From: an uncultured bacterium
Lineage (GTDB): Bacteria; Babelota; Babeliae; Babelales; Vermiphilaceae
Direction of reading: 5' to 3'
Assembly (NCBI GenBank): GCA_963702025.1
Contig: OY969699.1
Location: forward strand, 608,001 to 672,000
Length of the DNA stretch: 64,000 nucleotides
Below are positions 9,341-17,693 of the stretch, one piece after another. Below the pieces are notes generated by a model. That model saw only the letters and a list, made by a program, of their open reading frames with translations. It was not told the DNA's origin and ran no database searches. Numbering within the stretch: the stretch's first letter is position 1; each line of letters opens with the position of its first letter. The position numbers were made by a program, and so were the translations under genes.

Positions 9341-9408
9341 GATTTTCATTTATCAATAATCTTTTTTATTATTCTCGATGAGTGGTATATTTTTTAGCGT
9401 ACTAAAAA
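9341..9408 (+). promoter_or_regulatory. Duplicated intergenic/promoter segment, copy 2
   Basis: Matches 7426-7495. Confidence 0.6.
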
Positions 9409-9425
9409 TAGGTCATTGATAAAAA

Positions 9426-10460
9426 ATGCTTGCGAATAAGAAATTCATGAAAATAATTTTAAAGTTTCTTCGAAAATTTTTAGCGGTTTGTTTTGGGCGC
9501 ACGGTTTTGCGAGTTGAGAAAGACAAAAGAAAGCGAACGGAGATCTCAATTTATTTTGCGACCCTGCTCATGCTTTCTCCTTGCGCAAATCACGGCTACA
9601 ATATTCCTTTTGTAGGGCTTGGTTCGTCAAGCTTCTTAGATGGTGGACCATTGCGGCAAATTCCCGGTTGGTATTTTGAGTTTTATAATTTTTTTTATAC
9701 CACGCATAGATTTTTAAATAATGAGGGAAAGCGGCTTGGTGGCATTCCCTCGCCACGCTACACGGCTTGGGGACCAGCCTTTGAACTTATCTACTATTCT
9801 CAAAAGGATTTTTTGGGGTTGGGCAACCTTGGTTTTGATATTACTCAGCCCGTAGTGTTTTATTCTCACATTCAACCAAATAAGCTTGGGATAAAAGACA
9901 GCGGTGGCGGATTGGGAGATTTGTTTGTTGGTGTTTTTGTGCAATCGCGCCCATTTTTTCGGAGCGATGGCGAACCATGGTATGTGAACCGGCTAGAATT
10001 CTCTGTTTCTTTACCGACGGGTAAATTTCGGGGTAGGGCAGACACTATCAATCCGGGCAACGGTGCATATTGGTTCACCCCGTATTGGGATGCAACGCTC
10101 TATCTCGGCAGATTTTCTGCTTCATGGGAACTTCATTATCTGTGGGTAGGCAAGAATCATCATACCCACATAAGGGCAGGCGATGCTTTTTATGGTAATT
10201 ATGCCTTTGCCTATGAGTTAACGGAAAAGCTATTTGTAGGTATCAATGGCTATTTTTTGAAACAGATTCACAATGATACATTGAATGGCGTCACTGTTCC
10301 GAGCAGCCGTGAACGCGTGTTTGCCACCGGAGTTGGCGGTCTTTATACATTTAATCCACATTTTACTGAAGTAATCTTGTGCAACTTTTTTTGGGAATTT
10401 GCAGTGAGAAACCGTCCACAGGGCTTTCAATTCTTGTTTCGGTATCTTAAGCACTTTTGA
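9426..10460 (+). CDS. SphA/MetA-pathway-family outer-membrane channel, paralog 2
   Basis: Colinear with 8367-9308 throughout; ends FRYLKHF; start uncertain. Confidence 0.8.
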   Translation: MLANKKFMKIILKFLRKFLAVCFGRTVLRVEKDKRKRTEISIYFATLLMLSPCANHGYNIPFVGLGSSSFLDGGPLRQIPGWYFEFYNFFYTTHRFLNNEGKRLGGIPSPRYTAWGPAFELIYYSQKDFLGLGNLGFDITQPVVFYSHIQPNKLGIKDSGGGLGDLFVGVFVQSRPFFRSDGEPWYVNRLEFSVSLPTGKFRGRADTINPGNGAYWFTPYWDATLYLGRFSASWELHYLWVGKNHHTHIRAGDAFYGNYAFAYELTEKLFVGINGYFLKQIHNDTLNGVTVPSSRERVFATGVGGLYTFNPHFTEVILCNFFWEFAVRNRPQGFQFLFRYLKHF

Positions 10461-10490
10461 TGAAAATAATAGCTTTTAAGCCGTTCCCCT

Positions 10491-10515
10491 GTTCATCCTG
10501 AGCTTGTCGAAGGAT
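10491..10515. repeat. Family A half element
   Basis: gttcatcctgagcttgtcgaaggat. Confidence 0.7.
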
Positions 10516-10658
10516 CGTAATCGTATTAGCGAAATAGAATAATTCAAAAAGAAATATGATATTGGAATTGTCTTTAAAAGTGGGCCTTTTGACCATTCTT
10601 CTTTTTTAGTTTATGGTAAAAGATGTACATCATCCCGTTATTCTAATTTGGAGGCAAC

Positions 10659-11432
10659 ATGCCCAAACGGCTTAAATTTTCTACTATTTTTGCAACGATC
10701 GCCCTCGGCATTTCTTTAATTCTGCCGGTAAATATCATTAATGCGTACCCCTTATCACCCGAATCAAAAAAATTCATTGCCATTATGGCTGCCCTTGGTG
10801 GCACTGCAGGCGGTTTGATCGGTTATCTTGCTTCAGATAAACCATACTATTATGATTACCAAAAACCAACAACTTTGTGGGGCAAAATAAAATCATTTTC
10901 CTGGAGTTCCGTGCTTATTCCAGCCGGATTTGGTGCCGCAGCCGCTGCTGGCATAAGTTATTTTTGTACGTATGAAAAAATTTTAGAGCGAGCAGTTACA
11001 GGTCTTGAAAATACCGAGCTTAAATTGGTAGTAGAAAGTTCCGATCTTGCTGAAGTAAAAAATTTGTCATTCAGAGAAAAATATTCAACGGCTGCTGCAT
11101 ACGATAGATTAAATCGCGTATATGACTCGCTGATATCGCTGAAAGATAGTTTGATTAAAGTAACTAAATCGGGTATTCCATTACTCGTTTCGGTGGCACA
11201 TGCATGTTTAGATCGTCTGGCCAATTACGAAGCTAAAGTAAGAGAATGGCTCATTGCGATGAAAAATGATCCGAAGTTGTTACAAGAAACAATGCAGAAA
11301 GCAACTATCGAGACACAACGGCAAATGGCATATGCCCAGCAACAACAAGCGTATGCACAACACCAATTAGCTACTGCAGCATTGGTCAATGCGTTTAAGC
11401 CAAATCAAGTTGTAGTTGTTCAAAACAAGTAA
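10659..11432 (+). CDS. Membrane-associated hypothetical protein with Q/A-rich tail
   Basis: GGAGG SD, signal peptide plus two Gly-rich hydrophobic segments. Confidence 0.75.
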   Translation: MPKRLKFSTIFATIALGISLILPVNIINAYPLSPESKKFIAIMAALGGTAGGLIGYLASDKPYYYDYQKPTTLWGKIKSFSWSSVLIPAGFGAAAAAGISYFCTYEKILERAVTGLENTELKLVVESSDLAEVKNLSFREKYSTAAAYDRLNRVYDSLISLKDSLIKVTKSGIPLLVSVAHACLDRLANYEAKVREWLIAMKNDPKLLQETMQKATIETQRQMAYAQQQQAYAQHQLATAALVNAFKPNQVVVVQNK

Positions 11433-11459
11433 AACAATATTTCGTATTTGGAGGAATTT

Positions 11460-11954
11460 ATGAAATTATTACGATACTTATTTATTTTTCTATTGGTGCC
11501 GTTAACCACTGCTTCGATGCAGGTTGCTCTCTCTACGCATCAAGAGCTGCCGGCTCTCTTAGACAACTATTACCAAGAGCATAAAACAACATTCGAATCA
11601 AAAATTTCAGCCTTTAAGCAAATGCTTGAAACACTAGACTTACTCTTAGAGAAGGATGTTGAGCTTGCTCTTCTTGATGAGCAAGAAATTCATTACCTGC
11701 AAATCTGTTTAAAATTTATCACTGAACTTGCGCAACAGTATCCACAATGGAATGCTCGGCAAACAGCAGAATGCAGCGAAGAAGAATTATTTGCTCTCTA
11801 TGATGCAGGCTTTATAGGAGCTATGAATTATCACCAATTTAGAATATTGTTTTCTCTTTCATCATTGTCTGATGACGAAAGAATTGCATTTGAAAAAGAT
11901 TTAGCTGACTTTCTTTATAAGAAACTGGCGCATGAACAAATATCAATAAACTAA
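11460..11954 (+). CDS. Secreted hypothetical protein (array type A)
   Basis: GGAGG SD, signal MKLLRYLFIFLLVPLTTAS|MQ; termini similar to 12707 gene. Confidence 0.75.
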   Translation: MKLLRYLFIFLLVPLTTASMQVALSTHQELPALLDNYYQEHKTTFESKISAFKQMLETLDLLLEKDVELALLDEQEIHYLQICLKFITELAQQYPQWNARQTAECSEEELFALYDAGFIGAMNYHQFRILFSLSSLSDDERIAFEKDLADFLYKKLAHEQISIN

Positions 11955-12000
11955 TCACTACTCTGAGGATTTATCTTCTACATACCAATAAAGGATCACC

Positions 12001-12681
12001 ATGAAAAAAACATTACTTTTATCACTGCTTATTTCTTTTTCAGCGTTAGCAAATGATAACTCCACGGTTCTCTATTTGAAAAATAATAAGCGATTTATCA
12101 CTAGCAATGAAGTGGCTCAGGTGCCGAAAGAATCTCTTTCAAAGTTGTTATTGTTTCCTGATGAGCTGAGCAAACAAGAAGCCTGTCTTTTTACTAAGCT
12201 CGTTGATCTTTATATGAATGATGAAGAGTGCGAAGAATCAATAATGGCTAAAGTTCTTGATACCTTAAATTCATTAAGTCTTCATACTTTAAATTCATTT
12301 TTAGCATTTAACAGTGCGTTTCTTATGCATTTTGCATTTAAAATGGATAGCGAGGACAAGCTTGATATTTCGGCATTTTGGGATTTATACCTCACGAGTG
12401 ATTCCGATATAGAAGAGAGTGAGTGTTGGCTACAAGAGATGGATATGGATATTTCAACAAGTCCAAATACTCCATTAATAGCTATTATTTCCTCATATAC
12501 GCCATTAATGGCTCGTTTTGATCCTGCATTGCCCGTAATACAAAAATATAAAGATTTTCATCGTAATGTAATGAGCTACGCCTTTGAATATTTAAAAACA
12601 AAGTATAACGTTCAAACGAAACCAGACGTGCCTAATTATCCTCCTGTTCGCACATATCATGATTTTGTTGTGCCAAAATAG
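12001..12681 (+). CDS. Secreted hypothetical protein (array type B tail)
   Basis: Signal ...SALA|ND; C-terminal KPDVPNYPPVR. Confidence 0.75.
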   Translation: MKKTLLLSLLISFSALANDNSTVLYLKNNKRFITSNEVAQVPKESLSKLLLFPDELSKQEACLFTKLVDLYMNDEECEESIMAKVLDTLNSLSLHTLNSFLAFNSAFLMHFAFKMDSEDKLDISAFWDLYLTSDSDIEESECWLQEMDMDISTSPNTPLIAIISSYTPLMARFDPALPVIQKYKDFHRNVMSYAFEYLKTKYNVQTKPDVPNYPPVRTYHDFVVPK

Positions 12682-12706
12682 AATCAAATATATCTAATGG
12701 AGACTT

Positions 12707-13252
12707 ATGAAATCATTAAAATATTCAGTTATTTTTCTATTGGTGCCATTGATGGCCATTGCGGTTAATAGTGATATACCTTCGAATGACGAAGAATTAT
12801 CTGCATTGCTTGAGCGGCATTATGAGGGCCAGATATACCAGCAATTAATTAATGATCATTACCCGCTCATAAAAGAATTTTATATTAAGCGCGAATTGTA
12901 TAAATCATGGCGGTGCATTATATGGCGCGGTGAAGATATTACTTTTAAGGTGTTGGCCCATTTTGCTCACTCATACGTTGAACAAGATTCCAAAGAGTTT
13001 CATCGCATGTTGCAAAGTGCAGATGGTGACTACATTCTTAAGCAAGCGGAAGCTATTTTTAACCAAGCTAAAGATTTATGGCTCTGGGGTTATCCAAAAG
13101 TTACCTTAATTGAAGCAAAAATATTGGCTTGTTTTGTAGAATCATATAATGCATTGCGGTACAAAGATACCAATCTGAAAGAAAAAGATACTGCGCATCA
13201 TTTTGCATTAGCCTTAACGGACTATATGTGCTCTCAATTAAATAAAATCTAG
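12707..13252 (+). CDS. Secreted hypothetical protein (array type A)
   Basis: Signal MKSLKYSVIFLLVPL; EELSALLE matches QELPALLD of 11460. Confidence 0.75.
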   Translation: MKSLKYSVIFLLVPLMAIAVNSDIPSNDEELSALLERHYEGQIYQQLINDHYPLIKEFYIKRELYKSWRCIIWRGEDITFKVLAHFAHSYVEQDSKEFHRMLQSADGDYILKQAEAIFNQAKDLWLWGYPKVTLIEAKILACFVESYNALRYKDTNLKEKDTAHHFALALTDYMCSQLNKI

Positions 13253-13261
13253 TTTTTAATC
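13163..13261 (+). repeat. 99-bp direct repeat, copy 1 (3' end of the 12707 gene)
   Basis: Two mismatches to 13711-13809. Confidence 0.9.
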
Positions 13262-13286
13262 TTAATTTAACCTCAAGGGGTTTACT

Positions 13287-13712
13287 ATGACTAAATTATT
13301 ATTACTTTCACTCTCACTGATTGCATTGCCAGCATTTGGCGATCCTTATAAAAAAATAGATTTAACATATACTGCACAAACCGAGTTGACTGTTGAAGAG
13401 AATGAAGTTTTTGAAATTTGCGGATCACAAGGAAATTCCCCATTTCATTGGGAGATTTATGAGATTCCAGAAAATTTTAAGATTTTAAGCTCAAGAGAAG
13501 AAAATGATGCTCGTGTTTGGACGATTATTCCTCAAAATGTTGGAACATTTAAAGTAGTTATAAGTCGAAATGAAAATGTTCATGATGCTGAAGGTTTTCT
13601 TGATGAAAATTATATAGAGGATAGAAGCATCAAAGTTGTGGTAAAGCCAAAGACTCCCGATTATGAACCCCTGAGAATTAATTATTATCGTAGTTGGTCA
13701 CAATATCCATAA
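13287..13712 (+). CDS. Secreted beta-sandwich protein, chagasin/I42-like topology, paralog 1
   Basis: TVEENEVFEI..PFHWEI..VWTIIPQNVGTFKVVI; canonical NPTTG absent. Confidence 0.55.
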   Translation: MTKLLLLSLSLIALPAFGDPYKKIDLTYTAQTELTVEENEVFEICGSQGNSPFHWEIYEIPENFKILSSREENDARVWTIIPQNVGTFKVVISRNENVHDAEGFLDENYIEDRSIKVVVKPKTPDYEPLRINYYRSWSQYP

Positions 13713-13809
13713 AGAGACCAATCTGAAAGAAAAAGGTACTGCGCATCATTTTGCATTAGCCTTAACGGACTATATGTGCTCTCAATTAAATAAAATCTAG
13801 TTTTTAATC
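13711..13809 (+). repeat. 99-bp direct repeat, copy 2 (non-coding)
   Basis: Copy of 13163-13261. Confidence 0.9.
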
Positions 13810-13836
13810 ATAATTTAACCTCAAAAGGGATTTACT

Positions 13837-14250
13837 ATGAATAAATTATTATTGCTTTCACTTTCATTAATTGCATTGCCAGCTTTTGGTGATCCTTATA
13901 AAAAAATAGATGTAACGCATCTTGAAAAAGCGTGCATATGTGTAGAAATAGATGAGCCATTTGAAATTTGCGCTTCAAAAGGAACCTGGCCATTCCATTG
14001 GTGGATAAATAAATTTTCTGAGGGTCTTGAGATTAATGGCTTAAGGGTAGAAAATGATGCTAAGGTATGGACCATAGTTCCTCAAGAATTAGGGACTTTT
14101 AAAATAGTTTTAGGTAATAAAACTCGTGATGCTGGAATCTGTGACGTGTATTATGAAACTATTATTAAAGAAATAAAGATCACTGTAAAACCAAGAGCAC
14201 CGCGCTATCACCCAGAATTCCCCGATAATAACCATATCAGACCTATGTAA
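13837..14250 (+). CDS. Secreted beta-sandwich protein, paralog 2
   Basis: Near-identical signal and GDPYKKID to 13287; PFHW, ENDAKVWTI, GTFK. Confidence 0.6.
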   Translation: MNKLLLLSLSLIALPAFGDPYKKIDVTHLEKACICVEIDEPFEICASKGTWPFHWWINKFSEGLEINGLRVENDAKVWTIVPQELGTFKIVLGNKTRDAGICDVYYETIIKEIKITVKPRAPRYHPEFPDNNHIRPM

Positions 14251-14279
14251 TTAAACGCATAGCAAGAAATAAGAATAAA

Positions 14280-14303
14280 GCCCGCGGATTATTTTCTGTG
14301 GGC
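14280..14303. terminator. Hairpin between convergent genes
   Basis: gcccgcgga-ttattt-tctgtgggc. Confidence 0.5.
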
Positions 14304-14462
14304 ATTATTTTGAATTGTGTTTGTGTTAGATAAATTCCTCAACCGAACTCTTACTTGCTAACCTGCTTATACTTCAGAAATCTATGGCCTTTAGGCCTTG
14401 TGTTTTAATAATTAAGTTTTTTTGTTAAAAATCTAATGATCCCAGCAATTTTTTGTCTACTC

Positions 14463-15935
14463 TTAAGCATTCTCTATTTTACTTCTGCACAAGGGGCATG
14501 GCTGCTTTACTTCCTTTATACGATCAAGGCAATCGGAGCAAAAGTTGTGTTTGCAATGTGTCTGGATATTCGCAAAATTGTCATTGCAAATGGGGCATTC
14601 TTCATAGCCCAATTTCTTATAATCAATAGAAAAGGTTTTAACCAGGTTTTGCTTGATGGTAGGGTTTGAAAAATTTTTAAAAATATTTACAAATGTTGGT
14701 GATGAAAAAACTTTTTCGGAGGGTTCATCTTCTAACCGTTTAATAAGAAGAAGCTCTAAGGCGCTAATTGAATGTTCAGTTTTTTTAATATTAATTATAT
14801 AAGCACCATTTTCAGTTCCTGCTGCAATAGTATTGCCATCACTGCTTATGGCAACGGATTGAACAGATTTATTTGCCGGTGAAAATAATTTAAAACATGA
14901 GTTTTTTGTACGATCGAATAAAACTATACCTATATTGGTTCCTAAAATAAGATTATTGTTATTCCATGGGCTTATTCTTGCTGCATTTATAGAGAATGGC
15001 GCTTCATTTCGAAATCTTACAGAAATTGTATCATCGCTTGTTTTTATAAGATAGGTCATAGTGCCATCGCTAGCCAAGAATCTATGATTACCATCGGGAG
15101 AAATATCTATATCGGCAATATTTTGAAGATCAGGATTAATTTCAATGGCCTTTGTTTTATAAGTGTTATCTTGAACCTTAAGGTACATAATGACTATTTT
15201 TGAATCGGATGCAAAAATAAAATTTTCTCCCGCTGCATCGGCTGCAAATCTTTTGATCTGAGTAACAGCCGGGGATAAATTAAGAGGGAATTCAAACTTC
15301 TTAGTGAGATCAACTAAGACGCATGAAATTTTATCACCATTTGTCTCCTCAGTGAATCGCCACTTGCCATTGGGTGAGATGGTTGAGAGTAATGCTGCTG
15401 TATCGCGAGGTAACAGGGTTAAATCTTTGGTCTTTAACGCTAATTGATAGAAACCTTTATTGTGGGCACATACAAGCATGTCATTGCCGCTAAAAGCTAT
15501 TCCATTAAGTGGAAGGGGATAGGTATTTTCATATACATCATCACCCCATCCTTGTTTCTTTTGTAGTACTTTTAATTTATTTCCATAAGCGATTGCCACT
15601 GCCGTGCCATCGTGATTCAAGGCAATGTGGTGTGCCGCTTCGGGCAATGTAACAACCGTAGAGTTATCTTTGGACACAATTCTTTGTGTTAAAGGTAATG
15701 GCTTTGCTGCTTGCACCAGATCATCATGATCAAGTCTATGACCGAGTTTGAATAAAAGAAGCTTATTTTCTGCAACCAGGGTTGATCGAGTTTTTTCTTG
15801 CGTTTCTTTATCAGCTTTAGTCAGTTCGGTAACTTTTGTTTCCCATGGATCTTTTTGTTCTAGATTCTTATCCATGGCAGTGAGAGAGCAAATAGAGAAT
15901 GTAGCAATAATTAGTGCATATTTTTTTGGTATCAT
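14463..15935 (-). CDS. Secreted WD40-like beta-propeller with C-terminal C3HC4 RING finger
   Basis: Signal ...SLTA|MD; repeats ISPDGNH, VAISSDGNTIAAG; CPIC..CKHNFCSDC..CPLCR. Confidence 0.85.
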   Translation of the reverse strand: MIPKKYALIIATFSICSLTAMDKNLEQKDPWETKVTELTKADKETQEKTRSTLVAENKLLLFKLGHRLDHDDLVQAAKPLPLTQRIVSKDNSTVVTLPEAAHHIALNHDGTAVAIAYGNKLKVLQKKQGWGDDVYENTYPLPLNGIAFSGNDMLVCAHNKGFYQLALKTKDLTLLPRDTAALLSTISPNGKWRFTEETNGDKISCVLVDLTKKFEFPLNLSPAVTQIKRFAADAAGENFIFASDSKIVIMYLKVQDNTYKTKAIEINPDLQNIADIDISPDGNHRFLASDGTMTYLIKTSDDTISVRFRNEAPFSINAARISPWNNNNLILGTNIGIVLFDRTKNSCFKLFSPANKSVQSVAISSDGNTIAAGTENGAYIINIKKTEHSISALELLLIKRLEDEPSEKVFSSPTFVNIFKNFSNPTIKQNLVKTFSIDYKKLGYEECPICNDNFANIQTHCKHNFCSDCLDRIKEVKQPCPLCRSKIENA

Positions 15936-16257
15936 AGAGTCTCTTTTATTGTTTTTAAATTTTTTTTATAAAATTAATTCTTGAATAGAAGTAAACACTT
16001 CAACAAAATTACAAATAAAATTATCATGTTAGATTGGATGAGTCAAATGCTTCCTTTGGTGTGTTAATTATGAGAAAAAAAATTTTGTTAAAATTTGATT
16101 TAAAGGGCTTAATGTTGTGTGCCCAATTTTTTTTGATGTTATTTTTTATCGATATTTTAGCTATCAATCTTATTTAAAATGAATTACAATAAACTAAACT
16201 TTCAATTTATCCAGAAATATAACTACTAAGCAAACATCTTTTTAAAGGAATTTTGCT

Positions 16258-16596
16258 ATGCACAAGAATTCACTATCATTGTTATTGCTTCTTGTTGGCT
16301 TATCATGCCAAATCTCTATGGTTGGTAATACATTTCAAATAAATACCAAATTTTATATCAATGATGGGACTATTAAGGCTAGCACGATAAACATTAACAC
16401 AGAAACTATAAGCGGTTCCGGGGTTATTGAGGGAAAAAAGATAACTATAACCTGCGATAAATTTGACTTTCAAGGTTCAATTGTTTGTACTGAAGAGTGT
16501 AACATCTATGCAAAAGAAACCTTCGATCCTGATAAAGTAAAATGTTCCGGCGGCGGTAAATTTACTGCTTACATTTCTAATCTTAATGCTCAGTAA
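16258..16596 (+). CDS. Small secreted beta-rich hypothetical protein
   Basis: AAGGA SD, signal peptide, alternating hydrophobic strands. Confidence 0.65.
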   Translation: MHKNSLSLLLLLVGLSCQISMVGNTFQINTKFYINDGTIKASTININTETISGSGVIEGKKITITCDKFDFQGSIVCTEECNIYAKETFDPDKVKCSGGGKFTAYISNLNAQ

Positions 16597-16614
16597 ATTA
16601 CGCATCAGAAATTA

Positions 16615-17007
16615 TTAACGAAAAAAGAGATTGCCCGCAGAAATATGCGGGCAGTTTTTTGAATTCTTCATGTGTTGCCAGGCATCATATATAACAACCA
16701 ATCCGGCGGCAATATTGAATGATCCATACAAAATAGCTGATGATCGTAAAGAAGACGCAATTTGTTGATATTCATCAGCTAACGTTGAACCTTTAACTGC
16801 ATTTGCTAGTACGTCAAAATGTTGCGAGTTAATATTCCTTTCTTTTATCGTTTTAATTCCTACGGCAATAAGAGCGATGCCACAAATGCCGGTAAATAGT
16901 GCACGCTTTGGCGGCAGTTTTGATTTGAGATATTCAAGTTTGCTTGGGGCATTATTTTCTGCAATGATAGGGAATATACAAAGAAAAAGTAGAATGTTTT
17001 TTTTCAT
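16615..17007 (-). CDS. Hypothetical membrane protein
   Basis: Signal peptide plus two hydrophobic segments; AAGGA SD. Confidence 0.65.
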   Translation of the reverse strand: MKKNILLFLCIFPIIAENNAPSKLEYLKSKLPPKRALFTGICGIALIAVGIKTIKERNINSQHFDVLANAVKGSTLADEYQQIASSLRSSAILYGSFNIAAGLVVIYDAWQHMKNSKNCPHISAGNLFFR

Positions 17008-17030
17008 ATAAGTCCTTAAGGAGAATAGTA

Positions 17031-17693
17031 ATGAATAGCAAATTTCTTCTCTGTCTTTTTTTTAGTATACCATTATGTGCCATGAAACAATCTGATAATT
17101 ACAACCTTGAACTGCTCACCGGTAAGGATTTAGAATCAATATTGCCATTTGTTGCGCAACAACGCATTGAGCTCTTTCGAGAGTATCCATACCTTTATGA
17201 AGGTAATCTTACCGAAGAAATGAATTATTTAGAATGGTTTGCCAAACTACCTCACACGGCAATGGCCGTTGCCTATCATGATAAACAACCGGTTGGCTTT
17301 GTAAGTGGCACATCGTTTAAAGATTTTGATACTCATTTTAAAGGTTCGTGCGATGTTTTTCTAAAAGCCGATTTAAAACCGGAAGAATATTATTATATCA
17401 CTGAAGGAATTGTGGTGCCTGAACATCGTGGCAATGCATTGGCCCTGAAGCTCTCTGCGTTGATAGAGGGATATGCAAAAAAAATAGGATTCACCAAAGG
17501 CTGTTTCGTTGATGAAAGTCATGACAAACATCCCCTTAAGCCGGCCAATTATTATTCTCTCGAAACTGCATTTAAAAAAGCAGGATATATCAAATCACCC
17601 TTAAGTATAAAATTTAACTGGGTTACTCGGCAAGTAGCTGGCCAAGCCAGAGATCAGGAACATGAACTGTACTATTGGATGAAGAATATTTAA
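17031..17693 (+). CDS. GNAT family N-acetyltransferase with signal peptide
   Basis: RIELFREYPYLYEG, VVPEHRGNALA acetyl-CoA motif A, HPLKPANY; signal ...PLCA|MK. Confidence 0.8.
   Translation: MNSKFLLCLFFSIPLCAMKQSDNYNLELLTGKDLESILPFVAQQRIELFREYPYLYEGNLTEEMNYLEWFAKLPHTAMAVAYHDKQPVGFVSGTSFKDFDTHFKGSCDVFLKADLKPEEYYYITEGIVVPEHRGNALALKLSALIEGYAKKIGFTKGCFVDESHDKHPLKPANYYSLETAFKKAGYIKSPLSIKFNWVTRQVAGQARDQEHELYYWMKNI

Noticed and set aside
10659..14250. Integron cassette array
   Set aside because: No repeated attC-like palindromes between genes and no integrase seen
15990..16250. AT-rich gaps (also 28020-28200 and 49190-49335) as a replication origin
   Set aside because: No cluster of DnaA boxes; explained as divergent promoter regions
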